A stretch of DNA of 64,000 nt from Octopus sinensis (Eukaryota), in NCBI RefSeq assembly GCF_006345805.1, contig NC_042998.1:10602001-10666000 (forward strand), in the 5' to 3' direction. This document shows positions 36,604 to 46,919 of this stretch, piece by piece. Within the stretch, counting starts at the first letter, position 1. Every line of letters begins with the position of its first letter. A program made the position numbers and the translations under genes. Below the pieces are notes generated by a model that was not told where the DNA came from, searched no databases, and saw only the letters and a list, made by a program, of their open reading frames with translations.

Positions 36604-36737
36604 TATATATGTATATGTATATGCATATATGGGCACAGGGCATCACGAAACACGCACAACAAAAAATACGAAGTACGAGTACATGGAATATGAACTATTT
36701 TTTCGAAATGTGTATTCACACACACACACACACATAC

Positions 36738-36796
<59 letters not shown>

Positions 36797-37070
36797 ATAT
36801 ATATATATATATATGTACATATATATACATATATATATATATATTATATATATGTATATACATATTTAAATGATAAAATAAATATTTTCTATAATAGGTG
36901 GCATTAACTGCAGTAAATTATTTGCTGCGGTTTTTGTTTCCGGAATTTTAGCGCGCCAGAACTAAGACATTTAAATTAACACCAATGTAATCGGTGAAGC
37001 TAAGCACGTGTCTGTTTTTATACAGAATACTGATGGTTCGCTTTACAAATTGCATTACCCATGGAACGAC

Positions 37071-37151
37071 CACACTGACGAGCCTATGGGCAATGGATTA
37101 CAGAAGTGATTCATTCGTTAATAGGCGAAACCGCCGGTCTCTGAGTAATCC
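37071..37151 (+). ncRNA. Type I hammerhead ribozyme with 33-nt loop II
   Basis: caca CTGACGA GCCTAT-(33 nt)-ATAGGC GAAA CCGCCGG TC tctg; intact core, stem I has one C-C mismatch. Confidence 0.78.
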
Positions 37152-37332
37152 TGATTTTTATTATTTTCATCTGTCTTGTCCGCATTTTCGTTCTGGTGTC
37201 CGCTGAATTTTCCTCTGGAGAACATTCTTTTCTTTGTAGTTTGATCATGGGTGATCTACTTCTAGCATACGGCCGACCACATAGTGGCTTTCCCTCTAAA
37301 TATACACATATGTATATACATATATATATATA

Positions 37333-38588
37333 CAGGAGTTGGACAAAGTAATGGGAACACCTAGCATCATAATTTTGAAATATCTATAAAACCGTCAAAA
37401 GTTTGTTTATTTTTATGTATTTTGATTAATTATTAGTGTTGCTCAATATGTTTTGATAAAATTGCTGTTTCTTTTCAGATATCATCAGAAAAAGGTAATT
37501 AAAATTCATGAAGATGACAGATCTATCGGACTTTCAAAGAAGTCAAATTGTTCGTGCTCGCATGGCAGGCGCTAGCGTAACGAAAACAGCCGAAATGTTT
37601 GGTGTATCAAGAAGTACTGTCTCGAAAGTGATGACAGCCTTTGAGAAAGAGGGAAAAGCCTCCTCGTCGAAACAAAACACTGGAGGAAAGCCAAAACTTT
37701 CAGACGGACCGTCGGATTCTTACGCGAATTGTTAGAAAGGATCACAAAAGAACAGATCCCAAAATTACTGCAGAGCTTAATGACCACCTCAAGAACCCAG
37801 TTTACACACCTGTTCCCCGGTTGCTGCACAAAGCTGGATTTTACAGGAGAGCTGCAATCAGAATACCACTACATTCAAAAACAAACGTTGCAAAGCGTTT
37901 AGAGTGAAGTAAAAACCTGCAGAATTGGTCCCTAGAATAGTGGAAGAATGTTATTTTCTCGGATGAGTCATCCTTTACCTTATTTCCGACCACCAACTGA
38001 GTATATGTGTGGAGACAGCCAAAAGAAGCATTTGACCCAGACTACCTTCTTCCAACTGTTAGACATGTGATGATCTGGGGGGGGGGGCGCTATATCTTGA
38101 AAATCCACCAGCCCAATGGTTTCCCTCCATGGCAGAATTAAAAGTCAAGACAATTTAAGCATTTTATCTTATCAAATTCATTCTGTGGCTGCGGAACTGT
38201 TTCCGGGGGGAAACGCAATATTTCAGGATGATAATGCACCAATTCACACAGCTAAAGTTGTTACTGAATGCCATAAGGAACATTGTAGTGAAGTCGAACA
38301 TATTATCTTGGTCAACACAGTCCCCAGATCTCAATGTTATTGAACATTTATGGTGCATTTTAGAAAAACAAGTAAGGAGTCGATATCTTCCACCATCGTC
38401 ACTACAAGAACTGGAGACTATTTTAGCTGAAGGATAGACAAAAATTCCTTTGGAAACAATTCAAACTTTGTACGAGTCCATACCGCGTAGAATTCAAGCT
38501 GTAATTACTGCCAAAGGCGGTCCTACCCCATATTAAAATATATTTGTCTGAAATTTTAAGGGGTTTCCATTATTTTGTCCAACCCCTG
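37333..38588 (+). mobile_element. Full-length decayed Tc1 (DD34E-type) transposon
   Basis: About 29-bp TIRs CAGG.GTTGGACAAA.TAATGG.AAC.CC; TA TSD; HTH LSDFQRSQIV..GVSRSTVSKV, VIFSDES, IFQDDNAPIHTAK, SPDLNVIEHLW; stops and frameshifts. Confidence 0.95.
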
Positions 38589-38594
38589 TATATA

Positions 38595-38809
38595 CTTGTT
38601 TCAGTCATTTGACTGCGGCCATGCTACAGCATCGCCTTTAGTCGAAGAAATCGAACCCAAGACTTATTCTTTATAAGCCTTGTACTTATTATATCTGATT
38701 CTTTTGCCGAACCGCTAGATTACGTGCACGTAAACACACCAACAGCGATGATGCGGGGAGGCCAAACAGACACACATATACACAGACAGACTGACAGACA
38801 CACACACAG

Positions 38810-38882
<73 letters not shown>

Positions 38883-39006
38883 TATATACACGACGGGCTT
38901 CTTTCAATTTCCGTCTACCAAATTCACTTACAAGGCGTTGGTTGACTCAAGGCACTTGCCCAAGGTGCCATATGGTTGGGAAGGAAGCTTCATACCACAC
39001 AGCCAC
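38595..39006 (-). mobile_element. SINE family B (decayed)
   Basis: Two-part match with central (CA)n. Confidence 0.8.
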
Positions 39007-39047
39007 ACACACACACACACATATATACTCACTCACACTCTCTTTCA

Positions 39048-39082
<35 letters not shown>

Positions 39083-39419
39083 ACACACACACACACACAC
39101 ACAACACATGCATACGCACGCGGGCGCAAGTACGCACTTGTTGACCTTATTCTCTTGAAATTGATTTAAGAGGGAAAACGAATGAACGTTTACTCATTGA
39201 GGTCAGGAGATAAAATAACGAAATCACAGTCAAATTCATTGTCGAGTCCCCCACACACTTACATGTGTATGTGCGCGCGCGTGTATTAATATAAGTAAAA
39301 TGTAAATTTGTTCAGAAGGAATAATGTCATGGTTTATTTGTTTATACGCTTAAAGACTTGGAAACAGCTTTCAAGTGCGAATGCAAGTCCAGCTACAGTC
39401 AATCTAAAACTCCGCATAC

Positions 39420-40740
39420 CAGACGTCAGACAGTTTCAGGAGTCATCAGTAGAGAATGATGACTCCTATTTCGGGACCTTTCTCGCAACGGCTTTACAAC
39501 GCACCGACCCCACTAACTTATGTGAGGCTGTACCTACTGTTTCGACTGACTAGTATTCGACCTCGAGTCCATTTCGAGATTATCACCTCTTTAGCCAGAT
39601 TTCACGATTCCCTTTCAGCCGTATCCAATGGCTTACTGGTTCTCTTAACTGTCACCTAGATCTCCTTGATGATGACGCTTGCTTGCCGATGTTTGACACC
39701 TATTAATAGCAGCCACCGTTTCAATCCGGTCCCAGTGAAACCCCTAGATCCAGCTTCTACAAGAAAGTTACTGCATTCCAACCAGTCCTCCAGTAGCGTC
39801 TCACAGCACTTGTCTTGCCTAACCATGGCTGTATCTAAATTCTCTTCTTGTGGAACAGTTAATTCAAAAAGGTGTATTATCTTTCGTTTCTCACACCGTA
39901 CTCTCATATCCGACTTCTACCTTGCTGGCATTGCAAAGAGGCATTCACACCCTACAAGATCTGCTGCTACTCGCCATACTCCGTCCCAGTTCTCCTCATT
40001 CACAGTTTTCTTCTGTTTTTGGATAACCATCTTGACCTTTATGGACAAATGTGATAAACTGTTAACTGCATCCGTCTGCCGTTTCTTGCCATCATGTGAT
40101 TATTTCCATCAGCTTCTTAGCAGCACTAGTGAGAAATTTGAGGACCTCACTGTACCTCCATATATACCTTTCCAACGCCATTGAGCAGTTAGATAGAATA
40201 TTCTTAATTAGCGTCCCAACTAAGTTAAGTTAATTTTTCTGGCTCAAAAAGCAAAAAGCAAGGCCATGTAGGGGGACATGGAGTTATGTACAGGGAGGGT
40301 GTTCATGCAAAGAGTTCAGGCCATTTCTGGCCAAGAGAGACTTTGAACCGAGCGGTCGTCGGCATCTTCACTATCTCGTCCGACAGCTTATTCCACGGAT
40401 CCGCAACCCGGACGGAAAAAGCCCCTCTCCTTCGATTGAGATGAAATCGTCGCAGATAGAGCTTTTCGGAGTGACCCCGCAGCCGACGCTCTGGAGCAGG
40501 AGTGAAGAACAGCTCTTTCGAGAGGTTACACTTTCCGCTTATGATGTTGTGAGCAAGAATGAGATTACCACGGCGTCGTCGTTTTTCTAGAGAATAAAGG
40601 TCGAGCGTCTTCAGCCTTTCTTCATAAGACAAATTACATTTGTTGTCATTCGCTATTTTCCATCTCAATAGATTGCTTGGGGATGGCAGCACATCATAGA
40701 AGGCTTGAAGATCGTAATGTGCTTCACCGCCAAGATATAA
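39420..40740 (-). mobile_element. HERO-like RLE non-LTR retrotransposon 3' relic, interrupted by a nested LINE
   Basis: YDVLPSPSNLLRWK..NKC, then GTL..ILSNC..ERYIWR (CCHC knuckle), FELTVPQEEN and LVEAGSRGF (RLE domain). Confidence 0.78.
40221..40632 (-). mobile_element. 5'-truncated CR1/L2-group LINE 3' fragment
   Basis: LSYEERLKTLDLYSLEKRRRRG..LRGHSEKL..FSVRVADPWNKL; (TTAAC)n-like tail. Confidence 0.9.
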
Positions 40741-41159
40741 AAAGTTTGAATTTTTCAACGGAAATTAAATAAATCATTGCTTAGATGGGTTAATATTCTT
40801 TTTGTATGTTGTTTTTCGGTTCCAGTAAGTCAAACTCTGCTTCTGCCTAAAATGTGCGTTCAAATTATTTTTATAATCGAACATTCAGAAATTTGCAAGA
40901 ACTACAAATTAAAATTTTTCCTTTCTACCAATGTTTAATCATTTGCATGTTCAAAGTAGTTTCATAAGTTTGAGCTAAATGTCCATGCTTGTTTTAGACT
41001 TTTGGTTCGTCCTTGCTCCATACGTTTAGAGTAGTATAAAAATTTTTCTTTTATAAGTCTCAAGTTAACCTGAAAAGAAATTGTGAATATGTATCATATA
41101 TGATGAATGAGTATCGGGGAAATATGTTGTATTTTTAATTATTTGAAGTTTTCATGTAA

Positions 41160-41344
41160 ATATCTTGCAAACAACTTGCACATGCAAGTGCTACCAGTTA
41201 AAAGCTCCGTATACCGGAAGCTAGCAAGTGTATGGGGTCATCAGGAGAGAATGCGCGCCGTTTCGGGGCCTACCTCTCGCTAGCTTCCGATATACGGAGC
41301 TTTTAACTGGTAGCACTTGCATGTGCAAGTTGTTTGCAAGATAT
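41160..41344. repeat. Foldback palindrome, 66-bp arms, 53-nt loop
   Basis: 41160-41225 versus 41279-41344, one mismatch. Confidence 0.92.
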
Positions 41345-41686
41345 CGTAGATAACTAAAACAATGGCATATTTAGAACTTGACAAAAGGATTGCACATTTT
41401 TACCGCTTACAAATGTATTTGGAACGTGCGCGTTAGCTGGTTTATTTCTCCTTTCGGAAATAGCAGCTTTTCCAGATGGCCACTTAAGTATTTACTAACA
41501 TAGTTAAGTGCACTGATCCGCTCTGCAAGCCCATCGCAAGACCCACAACCTTTAAGCCACCACAGAGCTACCATTGATGTCCATCACATTTTATGCGTTG
41601 CAACATAGACATTATATTCTCATAAGTTTCTTTTCAAAGGCGATGCGCAGCCCTGCCATAATGCAGCAATTGCTTGCTCGATGAAT

Positions 41687-41972
41687 ATCTTCATATATAA
41701 AAGTAAGGTTGTGTGTCTCCTACGATTTAGATTCCTAACTACTCACACAGTTTAACCAAAACCGGGTATCTTATAGTCGTGATTCATATCGAGCCCTTCT
41801 GGGTATTAGCGCGCGTCTACGATGAGTCTACGATTTAAAAGAAAAATTTACCATCATTTTTCCCCATTTTTAATGCATTTTTTTGCTATTATATAAGGGA
41901 AATAACTCTCTAAAAATGCTTATATAGTTATTTCCCGTACAAATCCGAGCAACGCCGGGCGATACTGCTAGT
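41687..41972 (-). mobile_element. Helentron/DINE-like element (internally deleted relative to 25114-25515)
   Basis: Same termini and body in reverse orientation. Confidence 0.7.
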
Positions 41973-42397
41973 TTATTATAAGTTTAAAAAGTGTTTGACA
42001 AAGAAAGCTCAATGTATAAACTTGCACAGCACAATCACCTCCTATGACTGTTGGAACAACACTGCTGCAAGCCTGTTGCAACTTGTTGTGACACGTACGT
42101 GTATCTTGAAAAGTAGAGCTAACAAATAGTTTTAACCATGACATTGATTATCAGTGACCTAAAATCAGTTGGAAATTGCTAGTCTGGTCTCAGAAGCATT
42201 TTGGTTGTTGAACCAGTGCAAAGAGAGTATGGCCATATCACCACTAAGTGCTCTTTTGATACTTATTCTATTGGTTTCTTTTGCCGAACCACTTGATTAG
42301 CGGAACGTAAATAAACCAACAACGTTTGTCAAGCGGTGATGGAAAACTAACACAAACACGCAGACACACAAGCATATATACATATATATATATATAC

Positions 42398-42435
<38 letters not shown>

Positions 42436-42444
42436 TTCTTGCCT

Positions 42445-42656
42445 GCCCACAAGGGGCTAAACACAGAGGGGACAGACAAGGACATAAAACGGATTAAGTC
42501 GATTGCATCGACCCCAGTGTGTAACTGGTACTTAATTTATCGACCCCGAAAGGATGAAAGGCAAAGTCGACCTCGGCGGAATTTGAACCCAGAACGTAAC
42601 GGCAGACGAAATACGGTTACGCATTTCGCCCGGCGTGCTAACGTTTCTGCCAGTTA
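42445..42656 (-). mobile_element. SINE family A
   Basis: Reverse complement match to 59478-59712. Confidence 0.9.
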
Positions 42657-42900
42657 GCATGTATGTATGTATGTATGTATGTATGTATGTATGTATGTAT
42701 GTATGTATGTATGTATGTATGTATGTATGTATGTTTGTGCGTGTGTGTGTGTGTATGTGTGTGGCCAACAGTACTTTTAGACAACAACATTATAGAACTA
42801 ATAAATTATGGTCCTTGGCGAATTGCTGGTATCTACTCCATCAGAAAGACTAAAGCCATATCCAACTTGGATTTCAATAAAGCAAAATGGAAATTCGACA

Positions 42901-43344
42901 TAAAGTGTACTAGCCATCTGAATGTGGCTAGCCACTGGGGGTGGGTGTTACTGAAGCTTTTAGCCCCAGGAGATCATCGTCTCCAGCTGGCTTTAGATAC
43001 ACTTTCTGTGCTCTTCTGATATTCGCAAAGGGAGGTCATCCCCTACAGTTTTTCTAAATCAGTGACAGTGGTTACTGGGAAAACAAAAAATAGATATTCG
43101 CAAATAGGTCTCTTCAATCGAAAACCGGTGATTACCGTACGTTGACGAGAGGCAAAAACTTCGAAACTATAGTCCGTATGTATCACTTAGGTTTTCGAGA
43201 GAGGGATGACCTCCCTTTGCAAATATCATAAGAGCACAGAAAGTGTGCCTCAAGCCAGCTGGAGACGATGATCTCCTGGGGCTAAAAGCTTCAGTAACAC
43301 CCACCCCCAGTGGCTAGCCACATTCAGGTGGCTAGTACACTTTA
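42901..43344. mobile_element. Foldback element with 142-bp arms and an HHR in the spacer
   Basis: 42901-43042 versus 43203-43344 inverted; arms homologous to the HHR-downstream part of the 354-bp unit. Confidence 0.88.
43136..43180 (+). ncRNA. Minimal type I hammerhead, C3U variant
   Basis: cgtacg TTGACGA gagg-caaaaa-cttc GAAA CTATAG TC cgtatg; palindromic stem III ACTATAGT. Confidence 0.75.
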
Positions 43345-43384
43345 CGTTGTCGAGCGGTTACTGTTTACATCTCATTCGGAGTTT

Positions 43385-44075
43385 TAAAAATGGAAATTAT
43401 TCCTAAAAAAATCCGCCAACATAGCTGGTCCGAAAATTTGTCTATGCAAGATCAGTTTATGTCGACAGTGCATGCCATATGGAACCCAGAAAGAAAGGGT
43501 AGCATACCTACAAACAAGATCCTCAACGACAAGAAAATTCTTATGAGATGCGGATCAATGGTCTCAAACAGATTGGGAAGACAAGAAAATGATGGGGAGA
43601 AGTCTAATTTAAGACGAATACTCCTGGAAATTGAAAACAAACTCAAACTCTACCACAAAAAAGAAATAAACAGAGAGGGAGGAGTGTGTGTGTAAGAGAG
43701 AGAGAGAGAGAGAGAGGGAGAGGGGAGAGAGAGAGGGGTAGAGAGAGAGAGAGAGGGGATTGAGAGAGAGAGAGAGGGTGGGAGAGAGAGGGGGAGAGTT
43801 GAGCCGTGGAAAACATAACCATAAACCTTTCTATAAATTTGCAAAGGAAACGTTCAGGGTACAATACAAAAGCGGACTGTTGTTTCAAAGGAATGGTTCA
43901 CTGACCGCGGATCCGAAAAGGATAAGTGAGGCGTCCAGTCAACAATTGCAGACGAAGGCGCAGCTATCGATTACATCGATATTGAGGAGGAAGATGTAAC
44001 AGTAGCCGTAGATGAAATGAGCTTCAGCTCAGCATCTGGTCCCGATGGCCTCCCAGCAAATCACCTCAAGTCATA
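43385..44075 (+). mobile_element. LINE ORF2 linker/RT N-terminal fragment split by (AG)n
   Basis: KKILMR..LLEIENKL, KPFYKFAK, IDIEEEDVTVAVDEM..SASGPDGLPA. Confidence 0.75.
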
Positions 44076-44570
44076 TTCGTACAAAGCAATTCTTGTGTAA
44101 AAGTTTAGGCTCAATACGGTTTAAACGATACCATATTCACATGATATAGTACCGAGCCAAGGTAAGATTTTTGTGCCAATGTGGGTCGCAGGTCCAAGAA
44201 TATGAGAGTGCCATCATCTCAAGTGCAAGCAAAAAAATATACCCCAAAATATCCATTTCATGCATACCTGGTTTTATATGAGAGCGAACTTCTTCTAGAG
44301 ACACGCTTTAACAAAAGCTGAGGGGTGCCTCCTTCCCATTGGACTTCTGGTGCACCGGACACCAACCCGGAATTTCTGAGTGCCCGTGTTGTTACTAGGT
44401 AGTTGTTCAACCTACACTGGGGTCATTTCGACAGGTCTTGCTTTTAAACGTGCTGGGTTTCCCTCCGGTAAGTCAGTTTAATCGTCAATGTCCCGGCCAT
44501 GCAACAAGTTGTACTGGATTTTATGCTAACAATAAATATATATTATAGGGATGATATTAAAATACGATTA

Positions 44571-44671
<101 letters not shown>

Positions 44672-44705
44672 TTATAGTTTATTTAAAAGCAGCAGAAATT
44701 CAACA

Positions 44706-44749
44706 AAACCTGTTACTCGGAGTTTCACGTTCCCGTTCGTCGGACATTT
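44706..44749 (-). ncRNA. Minimal hammerhead, U4C variant
   Basis: tgt CCGACGA acg-GGAA-cgt GAAA CTC-C-GAG TA aca; GNRA loop II, GUA site. Confidence 0.62.
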
Positions 44750-44821
44750 TTGTTAAAATAGAACCGATATGCTAATTCTATCAAGACTTGATAGAATTGT
44801 CATATCGGTTCTATTTTAACA

Positions 44822-44868
44822 AAAACTGTCCGCCGAACGGGAACGTGAAACTCCGAGTAACAGGTTTT
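44822..44868 (+). ncRNA. Opposite-arm hammerhead copy, U4C plus A6C (probably inactive)
   Basis: ctgt CCGCCGA acg-GGAA-cgt GAAA CTCCGAG TA acag. Confidence 0.5.
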
Positions 44869-44974
44869 GTTGAATTTCTGCTGCTTTTAAATAAAGCATA
44901 TTACTCTACCCCTGGTATTTGAGTACTCTTTTTTCCACCTTGTTTCACATTTATGTGTTTACTCCGGTATATAA

Positions 44975-45211
44975 ATTTATGGAACAAACTGCCGGCATCA
45001 GTTGTTAGTTGTCGGATCACTGCATCCTTCAAAACTTCTATGCTTTCTGAGATTCTTCAACACTACACCTGATTTTCTCCCCTCCATACACACACAAGCA
45101 TGTATCCGACTCATACATTATTCGCTTTCCAGACATTTGTACATTACTGCATGTACTTTATACGCACTTTCTGACAAGTTGTGGTGCACCTGAGCACTGT
45201 ATACAATAATT

Positions 45212-45265
<54 letters not shown>
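44975..45265 (+). mobile_element. CR1/L2-group LINE 3' end with (ATT)n tail
   Basis: LWNKLPASVVSCRITASFK followed by UTR and (TTA)n. Confidence 0.75.
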
Positions 45266-45273
<8 letters not shown>

Positions 45274-45412
45274 TCAGTAATAATATAGGGTGAAATCAAT
45301 TAATTTGGAATAATCATTAATTTGGAATAAATTAATTTGGTTATCAGTAATAATATAGGGTGAAATCAGTAATAATATATTACTTAGAATTACTTAATTA
45401 CTTAGTATTACT

Positions 45413-45446
<34 letters not shown>

Positions 45447-46339
45447 TATATATATACACACATACATACATACATACATATATATATATAAATATATACA
45501 CACACATGCATGCACACATACATACTCACATGCATACAGAGAAAGAGAAAGAGAGAGGTAGGAGAGGGAGAGAGAAGGAGAAGGAGAAGGAAAGATAGGG
45601 AATAATGTATCCTTTTACCTTTCGATAATATATTATAAATTTCTATGGCATACATATTTAGCGATGGAAGGGAGATAACTCAATTTTGTTAAAAAATTTC
45701 ATGTGTAATATCTATCGTAATTAAATTCTCTTTTGGACTTAATTGAAGTGGTAAACACAGATAACATTATCAGGCATAGCATATAAATTAAATCATGTAA
45801 TAAGCTGTTGTATAGGTGCAAGAAGACACCATAAAATACAGGTAATTATAATTAAATACAAATCAACGCATTTGCAATTACAGGGAGATAACTCTACCAC
45901 TTTTCTCAATACATACATAAAACATACGCTTTAAAATTCTGATTTTTAGAAAGTTAATAAATGCTTTCTCACTACCTAATATGTCTTATGATTTCATTTA
46001 TTATATATTATTTTAAATTGGCGGAAAATAGCGTCACTAGTTGAGGTTACTAATGAGTCAATTACTTGTTCGTCAATAAGTAATTAAATAATATAATTTT
46101 GTAAAACCTTCATCTTGTATTGACTGTAGAAAATAGTCTAATATTAGGGGCATATAAACCCCTGAAGCCCCTATCACACACACAAAAATAAACAAAACAA
46201 AAAACAAAAACGGACATTAGCACTAGTGTCCCTTTTCTTTCCGTTACGGGATTCATATGCCCTAATATTAGACAATTTTCTATAGACAATACATGGTGGA
46301 ATCTTATATTTCTACTTACTACACATACACACACACATA

Positions 46340-46405
<66 letters not shown>

Positions 46406-46414
46406 AATATGCGC

Positions 46415-46786
46415 GGGCGTGGCTGTGTGGGAAGAAGTTTGCTACCCAACCACATGGTCCTGAGTTCAGTCCCACTCCGTGGCACCTTGGGGAAGTGTCT
46501 TCTACTATAGTCTCGGGCCGACCAAAATCTTGTGAGCGGATTTGGTTGACGGAAACTGAAAGAAACTTGTGTATATATATATGTATTTGTGTGTCTGTGT
46601 TTGTCCCTCTAACATTGCTTAACAACTGATGTTGGTGTGTCTACGTCCCCGTAACTTAGCGGTTCGGCAAAAAAGACCGATAGAGTAAGTACTAGGCTTA
46701 CAATGAATAAGTCCTGGGGTCGATTTGTTCAACTTAAGACGGTGCTCCAGCATGGCCGCAGTCAAATGACTGAAACAAGTAAAAGA
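46415..46786 (+). mobile_element. SINE family B
   Basis: Two-part match. Confidence 0.85.
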
Positions 46787-46919
46787 CTAAATGATATATA
46801 TGGTGCTTGCGGGTAAATTTAACAGTATAAAAAGAAAAAGAAAACTCAATATCCCATTAAAAATAAAGTATTTTAAAAATCAAAAAACACCACTAAGATT
46901 ATGGCTTGAAGATAACAGT

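Larger units (their letters stand above)
44678..44895. repeat. Near-perfect 218-bp palindrome with opposed HHR-like motifs
   Basis: Symmetry centre at about 44786; few mismatches. Confidence 0.93.

Noticed and set aside
39428-39466. Minus-strand CTGATGA-CTCCT-GAAA-CTG-TC in the HERO 3' UTR
   Set aside because: Stem II cannot pair, stem I is only 2 bp, and the core is buried in an 11-bp hairpin; not called as a ribozyme
41226-41278. GAAA and CTGATGA words in the loop of the 41160-41344 palindrome
   Set aside because: They are in type II order but the would-be stem II is CCCC against CCCC; at best a scrambled pLTR remnant
43894-43930. CTGACCG..CCGAAAAGGATA
   Set aside because: The core is wrong, and the sequence is explained as LINE coding sequence
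44075-44520. Complex-looking sequence after the LINE fragment
   Set aside because: The frames I read contain stops and no family motif was recognised
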